Source: an uncultured delta proteobacterium
GTDB taxonomy: Bacteria; Myxococcota_A; Polyangia; Haliangiales; Haliangiaceae
Direction of reading: 5' to 3'
DNA length: 64,000 nt
NCBI GenBank assembly: GCA_963848295.1
Contig: CAWKDB010000010.1
Span: 320,001 to 384,000 of the forward strand
Shown: piece by piece, positions 14,273-30,162 of the stretch
Numbering within the stretch: position 1 is the stretch's first letter
How the letters are laid out: each line of letters begins with the position of its first letter
Translations under genes and position numbers: made by a program
Notes under the pieces: generated by a model
Told to the model about the DNA's origin: nothing
Database searches by the model: none
Seen by the model: the letters and a program-made list of their open reading frames with translations, nothing else

Positions 14273-14575
14273 ATGCTGAAAACCGCTCTCGTCGTCAAAG
14301 TCGTCGCGAAGTCCGGAAAACAAGAAGACGTCGCGAAGTTCCTCGCGGGCGCGCTGCCTCTCGCCAATGCCGAGGCGTTCACGCCCGTGTGGTTCGCACT
14401 GCGGGCCTCGACCGATACGTTCTACATCGTCGATGCGTTCGCGGATGACGCCGGCCGAACCCGCCATCTCAACGGCGAGATCGCCGCCGCGCTGATGGCC
14501 AACGCGGACGCCTTGTTGGCCCAACCACCGACGATCGAAAAGGTGGACGTTTTGGCGAGCAAAGTCACCAAGTAG
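14273..14575 (+). CDS. Antibiotic biosynthesis monooxygenase (ABM)-domain protein
   Basis: 100 aa, [37 protein letters not shown]; divergent from the GlxA regulator. Confidence 0.85.
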   Translation: MLKTALVVKVVAKSGKQEDVAKFLAGALPLANAEAFTPVWFALRASTDTFYIVDAFADDAGRTRHLNGEIAAALMANADALLAQPPTIEKVDVLASKVTK

Positions 14576-14589
14576 CGCGGTCCGCCCCG

Positions 14590-14617
14590 TTGACGGTCTT
14601 GTAAGCGTGGTTACGCT
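14590..14617 (+). promoter_or_regulatory. Putative sigma-70-type promoter of clpB-dnaJ-lon
   Basis: TTGACG (14590-95), 16 nt spacer, TACGCT (14612-17), 10 nt before the clpB ATG. Confidence 0.5.
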
Positions 14618-14627
14618 AGCTCCAGTC

Positions 14628-17227
<2,600 letters not shown>

Positions 17228-17228
<1 letters not shown>

Positions 17229-17971
17229 TGGCGCAACAGCAGATCGATTTCGATCCGGGGGTCGATTACTACAAGGCGCTCGGCGTGCCCCAAGGCGCGA
17301 CCGCTGACGAGATCAAGAAGGCCTATCGCAAGCTCGCGAAGGCCAACCATCCCGACTCGACCGGCGGCGACAAGGCGAAGGAGTCGCGGTTCAAGACGAT
17401 CTCGGCCGCGTACGACGTGCTCGGTGATGTGAAGAAGCGCGCCGCGTATGACCAGATTCGCGCGTCGGGCGGCCTGCGCGGGTTCCCCGGCGGCAGTGGG
17501 ACGTACACGACGCAAGGCACCGGCCCCGGCGTATTCGATCTCGGTGACTTGTTCGGGCAGTTCTTCGCCGGCGGCGGCGGCCCCGCCGGTCGGCGCGGTG
17601 GGCGGGTCCGAGTCGAGCCGGTCGAGTTTGACACCGACGACGCCGAGTTCGAGAGCAACGTCAAGGCTTCCGACGGCAGCTGGTTGCGAGTCGAGGGCAA
17701 TGACTACCACTCCGACGTTCGGATCTCGTTCGATCGCGCGATCCTCGGCACGGTCGCGACCGTCGCGACCGTCGACGGTAGGGCCGAGGTCAAGGTCCCG
17801 CCCGGCACTTCGAGCGGCAAGAAGCTGCGGCTCAAGGGCAAGGGCGCCAAGGCGCGGGGGGGACGCGGCGATCACTACGTCACGGTCCAGATCGATGTCC
17901 CGGGCGACCTCGACGAAGACGCGAAGAAGCAACTCGTTCACCTCGTGCAACGGCTGCGCAAGAAAGGCTAG
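17228..17971 (+). CDS. Short DnaJ-family co-chaperone (J domain + C-terminal domain, no zinc finger; CbpA-like)
   Basis: [25 protein letters not shown]-rich linker, [17 protein letters not shown]. Start overlaps the clpB stop (TAATG). Confidence 0.92.
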
Positions 17972-17988
17972 TATCCAGGGAGTAAGCG

Positions 17989-20445
<2,457 letters not shown>

Positions 20446-20464
20446 GGCACGCCTCGAGCGCTCG

Positions 20465-20953
20465 CTAGCCCGCAACCTGCGCCGGGGCCCACTGCACTGC
20501 GTGCGGAGCGCGTGCGCGAATCAGCTCGACGACGCGCAGCCAATCAGCCATCGCGAGCTCGAGCCGACGATGATCCGCATCGATCACCAGGCACTTCACC
20601 TTGACCACGAACCACCGCGTACGGGTCACGACAAACGCATTGGTCACAAGCTCGGGTCGCGAACGCAGCGCCTCGAGCACCGCAGTGACGCTGCCCGGCC
20701 CGAGCTGGCGCAAGCGCGAAGCGAACTGCATGCCGACCAGCACGATCCCGGCGAGCACCAGCAAGCCCGGAAGCGCCAGCATCAGCTCGTCGCCGCGACC
20801 ACGCGTCGCGACTATCGCGATGTAGTAGACGACGCGCCCGGCCAACGCGAGCATCGCGAGCACCGCGACCGCGGATACGGCACGCGCCATCGCGATCGCG
20901 TACTTCAGCCGGTCCACTAACTCGCGAACATCGGCGCCGTCGGTGGATTGCAC
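20465..20953 (-). CDS. Hypothetical membrane protein
   Basis: 162-aa ORF with two hydrophobic segments, filling the gap after lon; TAAGCT 6 nt before the GTG start. Confidence 0.6.
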   Translation of the reverse strand: MQSTDGADVRELVDRLKYAIAMARAVSAVAVLAMLALAGRVVYYIAIVATRGRGDELMLALPGLLVLAGIVLVGMQFASRLRQLGPGSVTAVLEALRSRPELVTNAFVVTRTRWFVVKVKCLVIDADHRRLELAMADWLRVVELIRARAPHAVQWAPAQVAG

Positions 20954-21150
20954 CCCACCAGCTTACTAGGGGCGGGGGACCGGCATTCCAGGGTATCGCG
21001 CGCATCCGTTACGAGGCGACGGTGTTCACCCCGTCCAGCGCAGCGAACAGCGATCCCGCAGTTGCCGGTAGCGCTGGCAACTGATGTTGCCATTGCGGAC
21101 GACATGGGGCGCAAGGCCTCGGACTCTCGTCGGCCGAGGCACCATCGCAG

Positions 21151-21166
21151 TGGCATGCCGTGTGCT
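21151..21166 (+). promoter_or_regulatory. Sigma-54 -24/-12 promoter
   Basis: TGGCATGCCGTGTGCT (GG-N10-GC), 24 nt before ATG 21191. Upstream inverted repeat CAGTTGCC..GGCAACTG at 21059-21083. Confidence 0.7.
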
Positions 21167-21190
21167 CATGCCCACGGCAAGGACATCGCC

Positions 21191-21484
21191 ATGTACGCCG
21201 CCGCCCGCCACACCACAAACGCCCCTGACCTGTTGCACTACTTCGAGTATTCGAGCAAAGGGATCGAGGTCGTCGAGGATGGGCTGAAGGAAGTCGCCTT
21301 CGGCGAGTACTTGGTCGAGACCCAGACGCTCGATCGCTTTCAGCTGTTCCGCGCGCTGCAGATGCAAGACCGGTTGCCCGGCGTCCGCCTCGGCGAATGC
21401 GCCGCCGCGCTCGGCTACGCGTCGATCGGCGCGATCGAGAAGCTCTACGCCTCGTTCCAGCGGCTGACGACCGTCACGGTCTAG
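21191..21484 (+). CDS. Small stand-alone MshEN-like protein (97 aa)
   Basis: Tandem motifs FGEYLVETQTLDRFQLFRALQMQ and RLGECAAALGY resemble the MshEN consensus RLGxxLLxxGxxxxxxLxxxLxxQ. AAGGA SD upstream. Confidence 0.65.
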   Translation: MYAAARHTTNAPDLLHYFEYSSKGIEVVEDGLKEVAFGEYLVETQTLDRFQLFRALQMQDRLPGVRLGECAAALGYASIGAIEKLYASFQRLTTVTV

Positions 21485-21503
21485 CTGTCGCCCGCTGGGT
21501 CGC

Positions 21504-22430
21504 CTATCGTTGGGTGATGGTCGGCTGATCGAACGCGCGCGCAAACGCGGCGTCGAACGCCTCGTCCGTCGCATCGAGCTCCGGATCGCGTGACAGGTCG
21601 AGGTCGAGTACGACCTCTTCGACCACCGGGTCGGGCCCGTCGCGGCCGGGAAGGCCCGTGTCATCGATCATCACGACCTCGCCCGTGCCGCGCGCCCAGT
21701 CGTCGTGGAGCGCCATCGGCGCCGTGGTCGAGCGGGTTGCGCGGGACGTCTCGGGTTCGACACCGCGACGCAACGCCACGACGAGCGCTGCGGCCCGTGC
21801 GCTCACCGCAGCGGCGCTCGGGCGGATGCCGGCGGGCACGAGCATCGCATCGGCGAGGGTCGCGAGCTCGCGCGAGCCGCGATCCGCGGCGCCCGCGGGT
21901 AGTAACGCATACGCGACCATCCCCAGTGCCTGAACGTCGGCCGCGCCTTCGATCGCCGGGCCGCGACGGACGCGCCGCCAGTCGATCACGCAGAGCGGGA
22001 AGCCGCGCGTGCCGCGGTCGCGCACGATCGCTTCGAGCCAGAGGTTGCCGTGGATGATCCCGCGCGCGTGAGCGTAGGCGAGCACGTCGGCGACGTCGCA
22101 TAGCATCTCGGCGATCTCGATCGCCGCGCTGGCGGCATCGGGGGGCGTCGCGCCCGCGCCGAGCGCACATCGATCGCCCTCGACCAGCTCGCGCGCGATC
22201 CACGGCAGGCCGTCATCGCTCAGCCCGCAGTCGTAGATCCGTGGCGCGCCCGGGTGGCGAAGCTCGTCGCACAGGCAAGCCTCGCGGACCAGCCGTGCGG
22301 AAGCCGTCGCCGCGGTCGCCACGGTCACGATCGCGCGCCGAGGTAGGACAACGTGCGTGGCCTCGTAGCTCGCCTCGTCATGGGTGGCGGCGAGCACGCG
22401 ATCGACCACGTAGTCTGAAAGGTTGCCCAC
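21504..22430 (-). CDS. Degenerate Ser/Thr kinase-like protein (probable pseudokinase)
   Basis: Kinase scaffold (LRHPGAPRIYDCG, WIARELVEG, LAYAHARGIIH, DVQALG) but HRDLKP replaced by HGNLWL and DFG by DWR. GTG 22430 lies downstream of a sigma-54 box. Confidence 0.7.
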   Translation of the reverse strand: MGNLSDYVVDRVLAATHDEASYEATHVVLPRRAIVTVATAATASARLVREACLCDELRHPGAPRIYDCGLSDDGLPWIARELVEGDRCALGAGATPPDAASAAIEIAEMLCDVADVLAYAHARGIIHGNLWLEAIVRDRGTRGFPLCVIDWRRVRRGPAIEGAADVQALGMVAYALLPAGAADRGSRELATLADAMLVPAGIRPSAAAVSARAAALVVALRRGVEPETSRATRSTTAPMALHDDWARGTGEVVMIDDTGLPGRDGPDPVVEEVVLDLDLSRDPELDATDEAFDAAFARAFDQPTITQR

Positions 22431-22444
22431 GAGCCGCAGGAGAT

Positions 22445-22460
22445 TGCAGCCGCCGTGCCT
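22445..22460 (-). promoter_or_regulatory. Sigma-54 -24/-12 promoter
   Basis: Minus strand AGGCACGGCGGCTGCA, a close match to TGGCACGNNNNTTGCA. Confidence 0.7.
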
Positions 22461-22588
22461 CGACTCCATCGCTCTGCGGGGCGTCGCGAGCGCGATCGGC
22501 GCTGGAGACTGCCGACCCGATGCCGATCAGCCCGTGAACAATCGACCTCAGCGCAGCCTGCGCAGGAGGTACGACTCGCGGCGCGACG

Positions 22589-23605
22589 CTAGCCGAGGTT
22601 GCGAATCACGGCGTCGGTGTACGTCTGCGTGTTCGCCTTGCCGCCGAGGTCGCCGGTGCGCGTCTCGACGTTGCCGAGTGCCGTGTAGATGCCCTTGCGC
22701 AACCGCGCCGCGGCCTCGGTCTGTGCGACGTGATCGAGCAGCAGCGCCGCCGACAGCATCAAGCCGGTCGGGTTGGCGATGCCCTTGCCCGCGATGTCCG
22801 GAGCGGTCCCGTGCACGGCTTCGAACATCGCGACGTTGTCGTCGCCGATGTTGGCGGCTGGCGCGACGCCGAGGCCGCCGACCAGCCCGGCGGTCAGATC
22901 CGACAAGATGTCGCCGAAAAGGTTCATCGTGACGATCACGTCGAACCGCTCCGGCGCGATCACGAGCTTCATCGCGGTCGCATCGACGATCATGTCGTCG
23001 AACGCGATGTCGGGATAACGCTTGGCGACCTCGCGTCCGGTGTCTAGGAACAACCCATTCGACATCTTCAGGATGTTCGCTTTGTGAACAAGCGTGACCT
23101 TCTTGCGGCCGTGGCGCCGCGCGTACTCGAACGCGTAGACGATGATCCGCTCGCTCCCGAACTTCGTGATGATCGCGATCGATTCGGCCGCGGTGCGGCG
23201 CGGATCGATGTAGTGCTCGACCCCGGCGTAGAGGTCCTCGGTGTTCTCGCGCACGATCGTGAGATCGACATCGGTGTAGCGCGACGGCACCCCCGCGATC
23301 GTACGCACCGGCCGGACGTTCGCGTAGAGATCGAACTGCTGGCGCAACGTCACGTTGACCGAGCGATAACCGCCGCCGCTCGGCGTCGCGAGCGGGCCCT
23401 TGAGTGCCAACCCGGTACGCTTGAGCGAATCGATCGTCGCCTGCGGCAGCGGATCGCCCTTGCGCTCGACCGCGCCGGCGCCGGCATCGGCGCGTTCCCA
23501 GATCAGCGAGCCGCCCGCAGCCTCGACCGCGCGCACCGTGGCGCGCGCGATCTCCGGCCCGATGCCATCGCCTTCGATCAACGTCACGGTCGGCTTCTTC
23601 GTCAT
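22589..23605 (-). CDS. Isocitrate/isopropylmalate dehydrogenase-family enzyme, probably NAD-dependent isocitrate dehydrogenase
   Basis: VTLIEGDGIGPEI, SVNVTLRQQFDLYANVRP, VRENTEDLYAG, VHKANILK, NLFGDILSDL, FEAVHGTAPDIAGK. Confidence 0.92.
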   Translation of the reverse strand: MTKKPTVTLIEGDGIGPEIARATVRAVEAAGGSLIWERADAGAGAVERKGDPLPQATIDSLKRTGLALKGPLATPSGGGYRSVNVTLRQQFDLYANVRPVRTIAGVPSRYTDVDLTIVRENTEDLYAGVEHYIDPRRTAAESIAIITKFGSERIIVYAFEYARRHGRKKVTLVHKANILKMSNGLFLDTGREVAKRYPDIAFDDMIVDATAMKLVIAPERFDVIVTMNLFGDILSDLTAGLVGGLGVAPAANIGDDNVAMFEAVHGTAPDIAGKGIANPTGLMLSAALLLDHVAQTEAAARLRKGIYTALGNVETRTGDLGGKANTQTYTDAVIRNLG

Positions 23606-23613
23606 GGCGCTCC

Positions 23614-23943
23614 TTAGAACCCGCGCAGCGTGCGCGGCGCGGGATCGATCTCGATATCCTCGCCGGTGACGCGCACCGGATAGCTGACGAGACACACATC
23701 TGATGCTTCGTCGTGGCGTCCGGTCGCGGTCGAAAACCGCCAGCCGTGATTCGCGCACACGACGTGGCCACGCGCGATGATGCCGTCGACCAGGTCGCCG
23801 CCGCGGTGCACGCAGCGCCGCTGGACCGCGAAGTAGCGATCACCATCCCGGCCGAGCGCGATCTCTACGCCCTCGACCGCGACCGCGACGAGATCGCCGG
23901 GCTCGAGGTCGCCGACCTTTGCGACCGGGTGCCACGCGCTCAT
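23614..23943 (-). CDS. Rieske-type [2Fe-2S] ferredoxin
   Basis: CVH..VVCANHGWRF ligand motifs, 109 aa. Confidence 0.92.
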   Translation of the reverse strand: MSAWHPVAKVGDLEPGDLVAVAVEGVEIALGRDGDRYFAVQRRCVHRGGDLVDGIIARGHVVCANHGWRFSTATGRHDEASDVCLVSYPVRVTGEDIEIDPAPRTLRGF

Positions 23944-24039
23944 CGCCTGCACTCTTGCACGCCCGTCAGCGCGGGTCGAGTCGGACCTTGCCGGTGTCGC
24001 GACCAGCGGTTGCCTCGCGCGGCGCGCGCATCGCGTCGA

Positions 24040-25492
<1,453 letters not shown>

Positions 25493-25502
25493 CTCATCAG
25501 TC

Positions 25503-25617
25503 TGTCTAGATGTCTAGACTCTGTCCACCTTCCTGGACGGCGGGCCTGCCTGGAATCAACTTAACTATCAGTAATCACGTGTCGTAATTCTTGGACAGAC
25601 CTGGATCTCGATATGCG
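25503..25617 (+). promoter_or_regulatory. Three palindromic activator-binding sites plus sigma-54 promoter of the ECF sigma gene
   Basis: TGTCTA-N6-TAGACT (25503-20), TGTCCA-N6-TGGACG (25522-39), TGTCGT-N6-TGGACA (25580-97), and CTGGATCTCGATATGCG (GG 25603-04, GC 25615-16). Confidence 0.6.
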
Positions 25618-25641
25618 TAAGGGAAACGCAGGAGGGCGAGC

Positions 25642-26151
25642 ATGAACACCCCGCTGGACCTCGACCGGACCCGCACGTACGTACGATCCGTAGCGCTCAA
25701 GTACGTCCACAACGAGTGCGACGCCGACGACGTGACCCAGGACGCGATGCTGCTGGCGCATCGCTACCGGGCGTCGTTCCGAGGCGACTCGCGCTACACG
25801 ACCTGGCTGTACCGCATCACCGCGACCGCCGCGCTGATGTTCCTGCGCCGGCAACGCCGCTACGCGCGCGAGCTGCCGTCGAGCGAGACCGTCGATCCCG
25901 ACGGCGGGTCGTTGCTCGATCGGGCCGCTGCACCGACCGACGTGCGCGCCGAGCTGATGGCGCGGACCGAGCTCGGTGACATCGCCGACGCGGTCGCCGC
26001 GCTCGGTGCGAAGTATCCGGTCGTATTCTGGAAGCGCTACGGCGAAGGTCGGACCGAAACCGAGATCGCACGTGAGCTCGGACTGTCGGTCGCCGCGGTC
26101 AAGACCCGCGCGTTCCGCGGTCGGCAGGCGGCGTTGCGGATCGCCGGTTAG
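25642..26151 (+). CDS. ECF-type RNA polymerase sigma factor
   Basis: DADDVTQDAML..SFRGDSRYTTWLYRI (region 2), EIARELGLSVAAVKTRAFRGR (region 4). GGAGG SD. Confidence 0.92.
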   Translation: MNTPLDLDRTRTYVRSVALKYVHNECDADDVTQDAMLLAHRYRASFRGDSRYTTWLYRITATAALMFLRRQRRYARELPSSETVDPDGGSLLDRAAAPTDVRAELMARTELGDIADAVAALGAKYPVVFWKRYGEGRTETEIARELGLSVAAVKTRAFRGRQAALRIAG

Positions 26152-26178
26152 CTCGAGATTGCCTGCTAGAGTGCCCCG

Positions 26179-27027
26179 GTGGCTCGCCCCGATCCGCTCG
26201 CCGATCCCGATGTCCCCCGCGGGATGTCGATCGAGCTGCTCAAGGACCTCCACCTGCTCACTCGCGACGGCCAGCTCAACGCCGATGCGCGCCGCAAGCT
26301 CAAGCAGATCCGTCACCTCGTCGGTCTGCTGAAGCCGGCGCTCGACGACGCGTTCGCGCGGTCGACCGAGCCGCTCGTGGTCGACTGTGGCGCTGGCAAG
26401 AGCTACCTCGGCGCGCTGCTCCACGAGCTCGTGCTCGGCCCGGCCGCACGCGGCTCGCTCGTCGCGATCGAAGCGAGGCCCGAGCTCGCGGACCAGGCGA
26501 CGGCGCGCGCGGCGCGGTTCGGCCACTCGCGGTTTCGCGTCCACACCGGCGCGATCGCGGCGGCGGACCTCGGCACGCGCCCCAGCGTCGTCACCGCGCT
26601 GCACGCGTGTGACACCGCGACCGACGATGCGATCGTGCTCGCGATCGCGGCCGGCGCCGATCACGTCGCGGTCGTCCCGTGCTGTCAGGCCGAGGTCGCG
26701 CGCCAGCTCGAGGCGAACCCGCCCGCCGAAGCCGCGCTCGCCGCGTTGTGCGAGCACGCGTTGCATCGCCGCGAGCTCGGATCGCACCTGACGAACGTGG
26801 TCCGCGCGCTCGCACTCGAGGCCCACGGGTACAAGGTCACGGTCACCGAGCTCGTCGGCTGGGAACACTCGGCGAAGAACGAGCTGATCATCGCCAAGCG
26901 CGTCAATCGCTTCGATCGCGCGGCGCGCGCGCGGTTGCGCGAGGTCCTCGATCGCTGGGGGATCGAGCCAGCCGTGATCCGCGAGCTGACCGCGCGCGAT
27001 CTCGACCCGCGCGCGGTCGTCCAGTAA
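26179..27027 (+). CDS. SAM-dependent methyltransferase (Methyltransf_32-like)
   Basis: VVDCGAGKSYLG, ALHACDTATDDA, VPCCQAE, ELVGWEHSAKN. Confidence 0.88.
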   Translation: MARPDPLADPDVPRGMSIELLKDLHLLTRDGQLNADARRKLKQIRHLVGLLKPALDDAFARSTEPLVVDCGAGKSYLGALLHELVLGPAARGSLVAIEARPELADQATARAARFGHSRFRVHTGAIAAADLGTRPSVVTALHACDTATDDAIVLAIAAGADHVAVVPCCQAEVARQLEANPPAEAALAALCEHALHRRELGSHLTNVVRALALEAHGYKVTVTELVGWEHSAKNELIIAKRVNRFDRAARARLREVLDRWGIEPAVIRELTARDLDPRAVVQ

Positions 27028-27126
27028 CGGTGGGCTCGCGCACCGCGCGAAGCACGTCCAGAACAAGATCGTCGCGCCGATCGGCGTCAGGACCCACGAC
27101 AACACGGCACGCATGGGTCGACGCAT

Positions 27127-27142
27127 CGCAACTCGCGCGCCA
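27127..27142 (-). promoter_or_regulatory. Sigma-54 -24/-12 promoter pointing antisense into the methyltransferase gene
   Basis: Minus strand TGGCGCGCGAGTTGCG. Upstream 27192-27230 is bounded by TGTCCG/CGGACA and contains AAACCG three times. Confidence 0.55.
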
Positions 27143-27231
27143 CGCCCAGCGCAAGCGATCTCGCCGATCTACGCCGTGCCCGTCCGCCTCGTGTCCGAAA
27201 CCGCCCGGGACAAACCGGCCAAACCGGACAG

Positions 27232-28788
27232 CTACAGCGGCGCGGTGATCTCGGCGAGCACGCGCGCGAGCGCATCGGCCGCATACGGCTTCGCCATGAA
27301 CGCGCGCACGCCGCCGTCGAGCAGCGCCTGGGCATCCACCGCGGTCGCCGATCCCGACATCCCGAGCACCGCGACCTCGGGATCGATCGCGCGCAGCGCG
27401 GCATACGTCGCCGGGCCCGTCATCCCGGGCATGATCATATCCAGCACCACCGCCTGGATCGCGGCGGGATCGCGGCGGTAGACCTCGATGGCTTCCGAGC
27501 CGCTCGCGGCAACCACGGCTTCGTAGCCGAGGCTGCGCAACATGCCGGCGAGTGCGCGCAGCGTGAGCTGGTCGTCATCGACCACCAAGATCCGCCCGTT
27601 GCCGCTCGGCCGCCCGGTGCCCTCGCCGACTGCCGTCGCCGGCCGCTTCATCTTCGCCGGGAACGTCGCGGCGGGAAACCGCAAACGCATCGTCGTGCCG
27701 CCAAGGTCGGGGCCATCGTCGATCGCGATCGTGCCTCCATGCCCCTCCACGATTCCGAGCACGGTCGCGAGGCCGAGCCCGGTCCCTTGCTGCGCGCCCT
27801 GCTCTTTCGTCGTGAAGTACGGTTCGAACACGCGCTCGCGCAACTCGATCGCGATGCCGGCGCCGTTATCGATCACCTCGAGCACGACGTGGTCGGCGTC
27901 GCTCCGGGTTCGCACGACGACCGCGGTGCTGCCGGCGTCGCGCGCGTTCACCACGAGGTTCATTACCACCTGCTCGAGCTGCGATTCGTCTCCGACGATC
28001 GCGCCGCCCTGTTCGGCGCCGAGCTCGAACGTGATCGCGATCTCGGACAGCGTCCGCTCGAGTAACGCGCGCATCTGGCCGACGACGTCGTCGACCATGA
28101 CCGCAGCCGCGCGGTGCCGGCTCCGCCGCGCGAAGCCCAACAGCGAGCGGGTCAACGCCGCGGATCGCTCGGTGATCCCGTCGATCAGCTCGAGCTGAGC
28201 GCGGCGTTCGGGGTCGGGTTCGCTGTTAGCGAGCTCGGCCGCGACCAGCTTGACGCCGAAGATCAAGTTGTTGAAGTCGTGCGCGATGCCGCCGGCGAGC
28301 GTACCGATCGCCTCGAGCCGTTGCGCCCGGTGCAGGCGGAGCTCGCTGGCCTTGTGAGCGTTCTCGGCGGCGACCTCACGCGTGATGTCGAAGAAACAGA
28401 TCACGACGTGGGTGATGTCTCCACCTTCGCCGGTCACCGGCTGCGCGAAGGCGCGGACATCGACCTTCGTGCCATCCGGTCGATGGATCGACAGATCGTC
28501 GACGACCACGACCCGTTGCTCTTGCAGCGCCCGCACGAACGGCATCCGGTGCTCGGGATACGGCGCGCCGTCGCGGGTCATGATGCCGTAGGGCGCGGAG
28601 TATTCGCCCACCGCGACGTCGGCGCGCCCGGTCTGGCCCATGATCTCGGCGAACATCCGGTTCGAGTAGACGAACTCGCCGGTCGGCGCGCGCGCGACCC
28701 ACAGCCCGACCGGTAGGTTGTCGGCGAGGGCGTGGATGATGTCGTGATCGGAGGGCGGTACTGCTGGACCCGACACGCCCACCGTCAT
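27232..28788 (-). CDS. PAS-domain hybrid sensor histidine kinase / response regulator
   Basis: PAS/PAC, AGGIAHDFNN H-box, NLVVNARDA, FEPYFTTK, GTGLGL, C-terminal REC (ILVVDDD..LDMIMPG..KP). Confidence 0.95.
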   Translation of the reverse strand: MTVGVSGPAVPPSDHDIIHALADNLPVGLWVARAPTGEFVYSNRMFAEIMGQTGRADVAVGEYSAPYGIMTRDGAPYPEHRMPFVRALQEQRVVVVDDLSIHRPDGTKVDVRAFAQPVTGEGGDITHVVICFFDITREVAAENAHKASELRLHRAQRLEAIGTLAGGIAHDFNNLIFGVKLVAAELANSEPDPERRAQLELIDGITERSAALTRSLLGFARRSRHRAAAVMVDDVVGQMRALLERTLSEIAITFELGAEQGGAIVGDESQLEQVVMNLVVNARDAGSTAVVVRTRSDADHVVLEVIDNGAGIAIELRERVFEPYFTTKEQGAQQGTGLGLATVLGIVEGHGGTIAIDDGPDLGGTTMRLRFPAATFPAKMKRPATAVGEGTGRPSGNGRILVVDDDQLTLRALAGMLRSLGYEAVVAASGSEAIEVYRRDPAAIQAVVLDMIMPGMTGPATYAALRAIDPEVAVLGMSGSATAVDAQALLDGGVRAFMAKPYAADALARVLAEITAPL

Positions 28789-28818
28789 ATCACGCGGGTC
28801 GTCGGGTACGATAGCCGC

Positions 28819-30144
28819 GTGCTACGCTGGCCAGGCAACTTCGTCCACTTGGTGTTCTTGGTGGTCGTGCTGCTCGGGTGCGGCCTCGCATACCTGTTCG
28901 GCCGGCTCGCGACGTTGTTCATGTGGGGCCCGCGCCGGGTGCGTGCGGTCGGCAAGTTGCGCGGCGCGATCCTCTACGCGGGCATGAGCACCGCGGGCGC
29001 GACGTTCATCAAGCTCGGCCAGGTGATGAGCACGCGCCCCGACTTGTTCTCGCCCGAGGTCATCGCGCGGCTGCGCAAGCTCCAGGATCAGCTGCCGCCG
29101 TTCTCGTTCGGCAAGATCAAGCAGACGATCGAGCAAGACTTCGGTAAGCCGGTGACCGAGCTGTTCGCCGAGCTCGACGACAAGCCGGTCGCCGCCGCGA
29201 GCGTCGCCCAGGTTCATCGCGGCCGGCTCGCCGACGGCCGCGAGGTCGCGGTCAAGGTGCTGCGGCCCGGCGTCCGCCGCCAAGTCGAGCGCGACGCCGC
29301 GATCCTCATCGGGTTCGCTCGCATCATCGGGCTACGGCCCGCGTGGCGACGGTCCGATCCCGTCGGCCATACCCGGCATTTCGTCGAGGCGATCGCCGAG
29401 CAGACGGATCTGACGATCGAGGCCGCGAACTACACGCGGTTTCGCGCGAACTTCGCGAACTCGCCGCGCGTCACGTTCCCCGAGGTCTATCCCGAGCTGT
29501 GCAGCAAGCGCGTGCTGACGATGGAGTTCGTCCGCGGCACGAAGATCGACGCGCTACCGCCGGGCTCGTATCCGAAGCTCGCCGAGATCGTGCGCACGAC
29601 GATGTTCCGGATGTGCTTCGAGCACGGCTTCGTCCACGCCGACCTGCATCCCGGCAACATGGTCGTCCAGGATCTCGAGCGGCTCGTGATCTTCGACGTC
29701 GGGCTCGCGAAGCTGCTGAACGAGGACGTGCTGATCCAGTTCATCGACATGACCAAGTGCATCGCGATGGGCACGCCGGACGACATCGTGGCGCACCTCA
29801 AGCGCTTCCACACGTACGTCGGCGATGTCGACTGGGCGGCGCTGCGCGTCGACGTCGAGGCGTTCGCGAAGAAGTTCCGGGCGCAGGACATGTCGCGGCT
29901 CGAGTACGGCGAGCTGATCGGCGAGATGTTCGCGATCGGCCGCAAGTACGAGGTCCGGCCGATCACCGACATGATGCTCGTGTTCGTCGCGCTGATCACG
30001 GCTCAGGGCATCGGCAAGATGCTCGAGCCCGACCACAACGTATTCGGCGCCGTCGCGCAGTTCCTCATCCCGATCTTGATGAAGCGCAACGAGCACGTGC
30101 CCGACACCGCGGAAGCCAAGCGCGCCGCCGGGGCTAGCGCGTGA
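28819..30144 (+). CDS. ABC1/AarF/UbiB-family atypical kinase
   Basis: GATFIKLGQVMSTRPD, AAASVAQVH, VAVKVLRPG, HADLHPGN, IFDVG. Confidence 0.93.
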   Translation: MLRWPGNFVHLVFLVVVLLGCGLAYLFGRLATLFMWGPRRVRAVGKLRGAILYAGMSTAGATFIKLGQVMSTRPDLFSPEVIARLRKLQDQLPPFSFGKIKQTIEQDFGKPVTELFAELDDKPVAAASVAQVHRGRLADGREVAVKVLRPGVRRQVERDAAILIGFARIIGLRPAWRRSDPVGHTRHFVEAIAEQTDLTIEAANYTRFRANFANSPRVTFPEVYPELCSKRVLTMEFVRGTKIDALPPGSYPKLAEIVRTTMFRMCFEHGFVHADLHPGNMVVQDLERLVIFDVGLAKLLNEDVLIQFIDMTKCIAMGTPDDIVAHLKRFHTYVGDVDWAALRVDVEAFAKKFRAQDMSRLEYGELIGEMFAIGRKYEVRPITDMMLVFVALITAQGIGKMLEPDHNVFGAVAQFLIPILMKRNEHVPDTAEAKRAAGASA

Positions 30145-30162
30145 CGGCAGCGCGCGATCCGC

